Positions 57,187 through 64,000 of a stretch of 64,000 nt of DNA are shown here, piece by piece. Each line of letters begins with the position of its first letter. Position 1 is the first letter of the stretch. The notes under the pieces were generated by a model, which saw only the letters and a list, made by a program, of their open reading frames with translations, searched no databases and was not told the DNA's origin. The stretch comes from an uncultured virus (IMG/VR IMGVR_UViG_3300006789_000015) (taxonomy: Duplodnaviria > Heunggongvirae > Uroviricota > Caudoviricetes), in the IMG/VR virus record IMGVR_UViG_3300006789_000015; one strand, given 5' to 3'. The position numbers and the translations under genes are program-made.

Positions 57187-57965
57187 AAATTACTCCAACT
57201 TATTAAATTATTTATTAACTTCCCTTGAAATTTTCTATTGTTCTTAAAAAATATAGTTTCAAAAGGGTGAATATTGCAAGAAAAATATGCGTTTTCGTTC
57301 CAAGGGTCTCCCCCTTTCTTTTTCGGCTCCTCGTTTCTAAAATCAACCCCTTTATAGCAAGGCATCAAACAGGAAATATTATAATTGTTAGATAAAATAG
57401 CACGAGAATACCCTATTTCTTTTTCGTAAATAACATCGAATTTTAAATCTGAAATATCATTCGAAAATATCCCTTCGTCAAAGCCAACTTTTACCCCAGT
57501 CTGATCAGTGGCAAAAAGAAAAGTCTGCACATGAGGCATATAAGCGTCAGGAATCATACAGTTACAATTAATTGTGCATCCAACTAACTTGTCTCTCTCA
57601 TTAATTAAACTCGTAAAAGCTGTAGTCCAATTTTGATTGTCGGCCCAAAGAGGAAAAAAAGGACCGATAACAGTCTCGTTTAAAAAAACGAAATAATCAT
57701 AATTATTAATTTCTTCACTATCTTTTAAGTGCTGAAGAGCGTGGCTATAAGCACCCCAATCTCGACCACTATTATCTCTATTTAATACTGTAACATTTTT
57801 ATAATTTAAAATTTCTTGAGGTAAAGAAATGGGCTCATCAATATTCGGTTGGTTAATTACAACCATATAATCAACAGAGGGAATCTCTTCCACTCCATGC
57901 TTAAAGAAGTATCTTGTAGCTTCTGTCTCCCTGAAGTAACAATAAATAACTAAAGTTTTACTCAT
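57183..57965 (-). CDS. GT-like hypothetical protein
   Basis: N.G.DWGAY, FVFLN.TV.GP, PHVQ. Confidence 0.55.
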   Translation of the reverse strand: MSKTLVIYCYFRETEATRYFFKHGVEEIPSVDYMVVINQPNIDEPISLPQEILNYKNVTVLNRDNSGRDWGAYSHALQHLKDSEEINNYDYFVFLNETVIGPFFPLWADNQNWTTAFTSLINERDKLVGCTINCNCMIPDAYMPHVQTFLFATDQTGVKVGFDEGIFSNDISDLKFDVIYEKEIGYSRAILSNNYNISCLMPCYKGVDFRNEEPKKKGGDPWNENAYFSCNIHPFETIFFKNNRKFQGKLINNLISWSNL

Positions 57966-58818
57966 TATTTAAAACGCCTTTTAAATATACTTTGTAATCA
58001 CTTTCTGGATAATACTCCATCGCTTTGACAAGTTGATCTTTATCTATAAAGCCGGATTCAAAAGCCGCTTCTTCTACGCAGCCTATTGACACCCCCTGTC
58101 TTTCTTGCAGGGTTTGAACGTAACAGGCAGCTTGATGAAGGGTGGCTGGAGTTCCTGCATCTAGCCAAACAAATCCGCGATTCAATTTAATTACATTTAA
58201 TGATTTATTCTTTAAATAAATTTCTATCAAACTCGTAATCTCAAGTTCTCCTCTAGCCGAAGGCTTAAGCGTCTTTGCATATTCGACTACGTTTTTATCA
58301 AAACAATAATAACCGGGAACGGCATATTTACTTTTTGGTTTCTTAGGCTTCTCTTCTATGGAAAGAGCCTTACCTTTGTCGTCAAAATCAATAACCCCAT
58401 ATTCTTGAGGGTTTTTTACTCCATAGGCGAAAACTGTTCCGCCCTTATCTGGTATCTCAAATTTTTGAGCACCCTGAAAAATGTTATCACCTAAAATTAA
58501 AGAAACATTAGAGTTGCCGATAAAACTTTCCGCTATCAAAAAAGCTTCTGAAATTCCTTTGGGGGCTTCTTGTAAACGATACTCTATATTTAAACCCAAG
58601 CTTTCCCCGTTTCCAAATAGTTGAATATAGAAACTTAAATACTGTGGTGAAGATATAATGCAGACATCTTTTATCCCATTTTTTATAAGCGTGGATAACG
58701 GATAGTAAATCATTGGCTTATCGTAAACTGGTAATAACTGTTTGTTGATAATCCCAGTTAACGGATAAAGTCTAGTTCCAAGCCCCCCAGTAAGAATTAT
58801 ACCTTTGCGATTTGACAT
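57958..58818 (-). CDS. rmlA: glucose-1-phosphate thymidylyltransferase
   Basis: GIILTGGLGTRLYP, KQLLPVYDKPMIYYP, EKP, SARGELEIT, WLDAGT. Confidence 0.95.
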   Translation of the reverse strand: MSNRKGIILTGGLGTRLYPLTGIINKQLLPVYDKPMIYYPLSTLIKNGIKDVCIISSPQYLSFYIQLFGNGESLGLNIEYRLQEAPKGISEAFLIAESFIGNSNVSLILGDNIFQGAQKFEIPDKGGTVFAYGVKNPQEYGVIDFDDKGKALSIEEKPKKPKSKYAVPGYYCFDKNVVEYAKTLKPSARGELEITSLIEIYLKNKSLNVIKLNRGFVWLDAGTPATLHQAACYVQTLQERQGVSIGCVEEAAFESGFIDKDQLVKAMEYYPESDYKVYLKGVLNNE

Positions 58819-58819
58819 T

Positions 58820-59182
58820 TTAACTCAATCTTTTTCCCTTTTTTCTTTTTAATTTTTTGCCATTAATTTCTACTAAACCTGCATGTATTTCAGCATGGCA
58901 ATTCCTGCAAACTAAAGCGCATAATTTTGTCTCTTTCAATGCTTCTTCGTAATTATCTAAAGAAGTTCGACTATTTATAAAATCAGTTATCGGAAAATTT
59001 TTTTTCTTAGGGTCAATGTGATGAAATTCTAATGCTCTAAGGCATCTATTATATCCGCAGACCTTACATTTTCCACCGCTATCGTCAACGAGCTTCCTCT
59101 TAAATAAAGTTCTTCTTGCTTGATAATTCTTGTTCTGCGCTTTACGCCGTGCCTTTTTTTTCCCTTTGTCATCCTGCCCCAT
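58820..59182 (-). CDS. HNH endonuclease
   Basis: CKVCGY, LEFHH, CRNCHAEIH. Confidence 0.85.
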   Translation of the reverse strand: MGQDDKGKKKARRKAQNKNYQARRTLFKRKLVDDSGGKCKVCGYNRCLRALEFHHIDPKKKNFPITDFINSRTSLDNYEEALKETKLCALVCRNCHAEIHAGLVEINGKKLKRKKGKRLS

Positions 59183-59184
59183 AA

Positions 59185-59778
59185 TTAGAAATCAAAACTA
59201 TCATCAAGCGCAGTCGAAAGAGCTTTAGCTTTTGATTCGGAAAATTTAATTAAATCTTTTTCGGGTACAAAATATGCCTCCCCTTGACCGTTAGGATTTT
59301 TCAAATACTTATCTTTAATGGCGTCTCCTCCAAGCATCCATCCCGCAATTCTAAAGTCTGGAGTAAGTTCATATCTATCTACAGTCACCGATTTCTTTTT
59401 TGCTCTTATATAGGTGGAAGTCTTTGTAATTTTAGTCCCTTTAACTAAAACGTACCTGTCATTAAATTTAGAGTTTTCTTTTGGCCTAACGATTAAGCAT
59501 CCATTAGGGTTATCGGTGTACCTAACTTGCCAATTAGGGGCAACGTCAGGTTTATGAAAAGTATTTACTCCCCCTATCCAATCTTCTCCAATAAATTTAG
59601 CGAACGCTACTTCTGCTATTGCAGAAGCTATATCACAAGCCCACTTGTTCCCGCCAATAGAAGGAAAATCCTCTTTTTGTTTCACTTGGCCAAATGCATT
59701 TGTGACCGTCCTATCTACACCAGCCTTGGCCCCTTCGGTAAACTCCTTCATGGTCACGGAAATGATGCTAGAGTTCAT
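59185..59778 (-). CDS. hypothetical protein
   Basis: ATG 59778 lies 7 nt behind TTGCGT-N17-TAGATT (59814-59786). Confidence 0.65.
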   Translation of the reverse strand: MNSSIISVTMKEFTEGAKAGVDRTVTNAFGQVKQKEDFPSIGGNKWACDIASAIAEVAFAKFIGEDWIGGVNTFHKPDVAPNWQVRYTDNPNGCLIVRPKENSKFNDRYVLVKGTKITKTSTYIRAKKKSVTVDRYELTPDFRIAGWMLGGDAIKDKYLKNPNGQGEAYFVPEKDLIKFSESKAKALSTALDDSFDF

Positions 59779-59871
59779 GATTAATAATCTACAAAGAAAC
59801 ACCCCTTAACGCAAGTTAATACGAAAAGGGGTATCTAAAAAGAAAAATTATAATAATTATTTTATAATAAT

Positions 59872-60165
59872 TTACTTCTCCCTTGTCTGAACTGGGGTTT
59901 GAGGGGATTCAACTTCTTGACTACTAGTAACTGCATCTGTAGGCATAGAAACCGTTTTAATTGTTGGTTCTTCCATCGGTTGCCTATCAGAAAGACCATC
60001 AATTTGTAGTTGGGTAGTTTCGTTCATGTTCATGACGATGTAGCCCGTGAGGCAGAAGTTAAAAGCTAAAAGTACAATCGCCGCCCTAGCGTAAACTGTC
60101 CTAACCGTAGTGAATCTGCTGTCCGTATTGGTACTTTGAGTTTGCTCTGTATTTGAATCTGTCAT
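59872..60165 (-). CDS. single-TM protein
   Basis: TTGACT-N17-TATTCT (60202-60174) 8 nt before ATG. Confidence 0.65.
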   Translation of the reverse strand: MTDSNTEQTQSTNTDSRFTTVRTVYARAAIVLLAFNFCLTGYIVMNMNETTQLQIDGLSDRQPMEEPTIKTVSMPTDAVTSSQEVESPQTPVQTREK

Positions 60166-60234
60166 ACGCGCAAAGAATACTGTTTATATTTTTCAAAGTC
60201 AAGCTCTTTTGTTTTGGGAAAAGTGTAATATATA

Positions 60235-60765
60235 ATGATGGGAAAATTAAAAAAATATTATGTAATATTTATTTTTACTTTAATTGCTATATTTTTATCT
60301 CAAGGATGTATAGGCTTTCATCCAGATTATGCTCAAAGAGATAAAGACAGAAATTATATAATGCATTATACATCATGCGGCCCTAAAGCTCTATCAAAAG
60401 CGTTAAAAAGCCTTGGGCATAACGTAACTAGTAAAGACGTTAGCATACAAATACAATCAACAGGAAATTTAAAAAGACATACTTTATCCATAATACATTA
60501 CGAAGCCGTATTAATTACTTGGCCTCAAGAAGTAAAAAATATAATAAAAAAATATGGATATGAAATTAAAAATTTAAATAGCTTGTCAGAATTAAATAAA
60601 GAAGACGTAGCTGTTGTTTTAGTTAGTGGAAGCTTACTGGAACGTCAATGGCATTGGATGTCTTATCCAACTGATAAAAACATAAAAAATTACTTTCCAG
60701 AGGGTACTAAAATCGTAGCTATCTATAAAATAAAAAAGCCCCGCAACGCGGGGCTTAAAAAATAA
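60235..60765 (+). CDS. secreted C39-like cysteine peptidase
   Basis: Signal ending QGC; SCGPKAL; WHW. Confidence 0.6.
   Translation: MMGKLKKYYVIFIFTLIAIFLSQGCIGFHPDYAQRDKDRNYIMHYTSCGPKALSKALKSLGHNVTSKDVSIQIQSTGNLKRHTLSIIHYEAVLITWPQEVKNIIKKYGYEIKNLNSLSELNKEDVAVVLVSGSLLERQWHWMSYPTDKNIKNYFPEGTKIVAIYKIKKPRNAGLKK
60732..60756 (-). terminator. intrinsic terminator
   Basis: AAGCCCCGC-GUU-GCGGGGCUUUUUU. Confidence 0.75.
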
Positions 60766-60770
60766 GAAAT

Positions 60771-61079
60771 TTAACGCCTCATTAATAAGCGCATAACCCC
60801 TAATAATATAGCTAAAATTCCAACCAATTTCCAAGGTTCAATAATTGGGCATATTAATAATAAACCAAAACCTAAAATTAGTACCGAGTGAATTTTCCAT
60901 TCGTTATAGTCAACCCAATCAATCACGGAATCAAGCCAACTTTTTACAGAAGACAAAAGGCTTTTGGCCTTTTTCATTACGTTTCCATTTTTTACTTTAG
61001 AGATAATATTAGAAAGCCAACCTTCTTTTTTGGCCGGTTTCTTTCTTCTCCTATTTGTTGTTTTTTTGTTTGTTTTCAT
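60771..61079 (-). CDS. membrane protein
   Basis: Two C-terminal TMs. Confidence 0.6.
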   Translation of the reverse strand: MKTNKKTTNRRRKKPAKKEGWLSNIISKVKNGNVMKKAKSLLSSVKSWLDSVIDWVDYNEWKIHSVLILGFGLLLICPIIEPWKLVGILAILLGVMRLLMRR

Positions 61080-61081
61080 AA

Positions 61082-61279
61082 TTAATATATAATAAAAGGA
61101 TCGTCTGACACGTCACCCCAATCAACTGACCCTTTAGACTTCTTTGCTTTTCTATACATAGAGTGGCAAACAGCTACCCTTTGTTTGTTGTTGGGAAATT
61201 CTTTAGACATTTTATTATCTGACATGCATCTAGATACAAATTCGCTCTCTTTTTCATCTGAAGGTTTAGGTAAAGGCAT
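61082..61279 (-). CDS. conserved phage hypothetical protein
   Basis: MPLPKP..FVSRCM..KQR.AVC. Confidence 0.7.
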   Translation of the reverse strand: MPLPKPSDEKESEFVSRCMSDNKMSKEFPNNKQRVAVCHSMYRKAKKSKGSVDWGDVSDDPFIIY

Positions 61280-61297
61280 AATAAAATGCTTAAAAAA

Positions 61298-61816
61298 TTA
61301 ATCTAAATCAAAATAAGAACTAGAAGAAAGAGGATTATCCAAGTAAAGATCGTCAACGGTATCATAAGAAAAGTTTAAATCGTATTTTTGCACATCTTCG
61401 TCTGCCAATTCAAACATCTCATCTGAAGGAATCCAATCTAACGATATGTCTAAATCTTTGAAATCGGCAAAGCACTCTTTTTCTAAAACGGCTTCTTTTA
61501 GCTCTTCTTCTTTTTCAATTTTCTCAATGGGTTTTTCGGCAAAAATAAACATGTTTACTCTAGCTAATCCCCATTGATTATTGGTCTTACCGGGATGGCA
61601 ATCTTCACAAATAACCCTAGCCCCGTTTCTATAAACGTTTTTTAACTGACTTAAGGTTAATCCTCTTTCTGGATTGCTATCGTTATGTTCACTTAGCTTT
61701 GCGTCAAGAGCCGAAACAATTTTATTGGAAATATCAATTGAATCTTGCTGATCTTGTTGGGGATCATTAGCTTCAACCTCTTGTTGCTTTATCCAATCTG
61801 AATAATCAATTTCCAT
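61298..61816 (-). CDS. DUF5824-like protein
   Basis: LKNVYRNG...QWGLARVN; GTGTA upstream. Confidence 0.55.
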   Translation of the reverse strand: MEIDYSDWIKQQEVEANDPQQDQQDSIDISNKIVSALDAKLSEHNDSNPERGLTLSQLKNVYRNGARVICEDCHPGKTNNQWGLARVNMFIFAEKPIEKIEKEEELKEAVLEKECFADFKDLDISLDWIPSDEMFELADEDVQKYDLNFSYDTVDDLYLDNPLSSSSYFDLD

Positions 61817-61930
61817 TCTTAATATAATACACGAAATTAAAGAAAAATCTAAAATTTAATATTTACTTTTTAAAAAAAAGCCCCCTGATTATAAAATAAA
61901 CAAGGAGCCTATAGTTTATAAATGATGATT

Positions 61931-62896
61931 TTATTTCTCTCTAGTAAAAATTATCTGAGGGTGTAAACATTCAGGTCCACATTTATGCCCCGGACTGCGA
62001 GTAATCCTGAGTCTAAATGGAAACATCTTTTTAGCTTCAGCTTCGTCGGCAGTGTCCTCTTCCTTTTCTTTAGGTTCATGCTCAACAGGCATCTTTTTTA
62101 ATTCGTCTTCTGTTGGCATAGCAACGCTTTTGTCTAAGGCCCACATAATTTTATGCTTCTCGCAATAATCGACCATCCTACGCACAGGAACAATAAGATT
62201 AAACCCTTCTCCTGCCCCTCTTACGAGCATTCCTACGTATTTAGCGTCTTTCTTTAGATATACTCCACCCCCACTGCTTCCGGGAAAAGCCGTCACGGTT
62301 GTCTGATCGAACACATATTTGTTTAAACTTTTAATTAATCTGCCATGTTGAGAGTAGATTCCATCCGTCATGCTGTTTGCTCCCATTTGACCTAACAAGG
62401 AGCCGACATGAAGAAGGTCTGTTCCAAGCTCCGGTATTTCTTTACTTAAATAAAAGGTTACCGTGTCTGTAACAAAGTTAAGCTTACGCACTCTTAACAA
62501 AGCTAAATCGTGCCCATCATCTGCGTCAGAATATTTTAAAACTTCAGCATCCATCTGCAAACGACCAACAGTTCTCCCGTTTTGTCTAATCTCTTTTATT
62601 ACCATCGGGTCTTTAAACTCTACTAAAGTTTTCTTTGAGCCGTTAACTAAAACTTCTCTAGTGGACCTTAAGTTATCTATAACGTGGGCAGCAGTCCAAA
62701 CTAAGTTTACTTGGTTTCCGTCTTTATCTTTTCGAGTAAAAATAACCCCAGAACCTTCTCCGTTAGAGAATTGACCTTCCGATCTAATTGTAACAGAAAC
62801 ATTTTGTAAATGTTCTGCGGTTGTGTTCTTTTTTTCGGCTGAGTTTCCGTTAAAGGGAATCGAAAAACCTAAGATTAAAAAGGGCAGAATTTTCAT
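61931..62896 (-). CDS. secreted trypsin-like serine protease
   Basis: GSG, TAAHV, DLALL, PGSSGGG; TTGATT-N17-TAATTT upstream. Confidence 0.88.
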   Translation of the reverse strand: MKILPFLILGFSIPFNGNSAEKKNTTAEHLQNVSVTIRSEGQFSNGEGSGVIFTRKDKDGNQVNLVWTAAHVIDNLRSTREVLVNGSKKTLVEFKDPMVIKEIRQNGRTVGRLQMDAEVLKYSDADDGHDLALLRVRKLNFVTDTVTFYLSKEIPELGTDLLHVGSLLGQMGANSMTDGIYSQHGRLIKSLNKYVFDQTTVTAFPGSSGGGVYLKKDAKYVGMLVRGAGEGFNLIVPVRRMVDYCEKHKIMWALDKSVAMPTEDELKKMPVEHEPKEKEEDTADEAEAKKMFPFRLRITRSPGHKCGPECLHPQIIFTREK

Positions 62897-62957
62897 GTCA
62901 AAATTAAATTACTATAAAAAAGTAAATTAATCAATCTAAAATATTTTTTAAAAAAAA

Positions 62958-63236
62958 CTAGAATTGGAAAAATAAAGCTCCGTTATGATACAATTTTACT
63001 ATATCAGACTCAGCCTTTTCCTTAATAGAATCTTGAGTTACTAAGTCCATAGACATGGACAAGCTAAGGTAAAACTCTTCTGCTTTCTTGGTTCTAGCTT
63101 TTTTACCACAACCACAGCCTTTATTAATAGTTTCTACCTTATTCTTAAAAGAAGAAATTACGGGCGTTTCCTCGACACCTTTCTCTGTGATAAAATTGTA
63201 TAATTCTGTAAAATTATTAAATTGTACCTCAAGCAT
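62958..63236 (-). CDS. hypothetical protein
   Basis: GCGCGK motif. Confidence 0.6.
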   Translation of the reverse strand: MLEVQFNNFTELYNFITEKGVEETPVISSFKNKVETINKGCGCGKKARTKKAEEFYLSLSMSMDLVTQDSIKEKAESDIVKLYHNGALFFQF

Positions 63237-63253
63237 TTCATTACATAATCACA

Positions 63254-64000
63254 CTAAAATGATTTTAAATCAAACATAATTTTATCTTCACCATTATGAG
63301 TATAATTAGCGTGTCTTTGAGCCGTCATATGCGATAAAAAAAGTATATCAAAAAAGCCCTTATGGTTGCCTTGACCCTCCATTAAAAAGTGATCTTCGCA
63401 CTCTTTAAAGTAAGGAATATGTTTATGAATATAAGGGTTACCATCTAGTATACTCCTGTATTCAGGTTTGCAGGAAACGTATAAGTCGTAATCTGGATAA
63501 GTCTTTTTTAAATTTTTAAACAAGCTCGTGGCCATATAAACATCCCCTGCGCTTTCTGGTATTACGTATAAGATTTTTTTACGCTCATCATCTTCATCTA
63601 CATAATCTTTTAAAGAACTGGCTTTTTCTAATTCTCCTAGAGCGACTTTACGAAAATACTTGTCTATATTTTTTCTTTTTTGCTCGTTTAATATAGGCCC
63701 ATTTTCATCACTTTGGTCTTGAGCTAACTGCTCTTTCCAATACTTAAATCCGTCATCGTTCTCGTCAACATTCATTGCGAGAATATCCCTGTAAAGGGAT
63801 GTAAGCCATTCGTTTTCTGGAAGGCTTATGTCAACTTCAGCGTCGGGGTTTTGCTTTTGCTTTATCTCAAGCTCTCCCTCGAAAAAAGGAGCAGAGTCTA
63901 TTAACTTTTCAACTCTTTGTCCTATTTTTTCTACAGAAAAATTATCAATTACCCACTGTCTACCCTTCTTTCCTATCTCAGTCCTCTCCTCTTCAGTTAA
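63254..64000 (-). CDS. glycosyltransferase fusion (GT4-like end + GT9-like segment), start outside window
   Basis: Frame open to 64000: GKKGRQWVIDNFSVEKIG then GDVYMATSL, LDGNPYI. Confidence 0.7.
   Translation of the reverse strand, partial: LTEEERTEIGKKGRQWVIDNFSVEKIGQRVEKLIDSAPFFEGELEIKQKQNPDAEVDISLPENEWLTSLYRDILAMNVDENDDGFKYWKEQLAQDQSDENGPILNEQKRKNIDKYFRKVALGELEKASSLKDYVDEDDERKKILYVIPESAGDVYMATSLFKNLKKTYPDYDLYVSCKPEYRSILDGNPYIHKHIPYFKECEDHFLMEGQGNHKGFFDILFLSHMTAQRHANYTHNGEDKIMFDLKSF

Noticed and set aside
58820..59182. HNH as intron-encoded homing endonuclease
   Set aside because: Flanking genes are uninterrupted and no intron structure is visible
1154..63279. Most short ORF-track entries antisense or out of frame to larger genes (e.g. 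3992, 7996, 24493, 54873, 62463)
   Set aside because: Shadows of better-supported genes
1..64000. CRISPR array or long repeat array
   Set aside because: No regularly spaced repeats seen by eye
1..64000. Stop-codon reassignment
   Set aside because: Conserved enzymes are full length and TAA, TAG and TGA all end abutting genes
1..64000. Cellular or eukaryotic-virus origin
   Set aside because: rIIA/rIIB, sigma-70, bacterial promoters and dense small unknown ORFs indicate a phage

Overview
AT-rich, gene-dense 64-kb segment of a large lytic dsDNA (jumbo/huge-type) bacteriophage, standard genetic code, mostly minus-strand genes. 1-15 kb: early-type array of small unknown genes with SprT, RuvB-like AAA+, rIIA/rIIB and a non-coding gap with DnaA-box matches. 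15-33 kb: auxiliary genes (split HldE heptose kinase/adenylyltransferase, ornithine cyclodeaminase-family, proline dehydrogenase, GMP reductase, APS-kinase-like, an ExbB/ExbD-like pair, an ATE/Bpt-like transferase beside a SET-domain gene, tRNA-Arg and tRNA-Leu). 33-41 kb: tubulin/FtsZ-family cluster, ThyX, sigma-70 factor. 41-59 kb: sugar-synthesis/glycosylation island. The non-coding DNA shows two promoter classes giving apparently leaderless mRNAs (TTGAC-N17-TANNNT and GTGTA-N9-start) and three candidate structured RNAs. One of these has a loop complementary to the start regions of both ruvB and rIIA, suggesting an undescribed antisense circuit. Protein calls rest on motif recognition by eye; no database search was run and the host is unknown.
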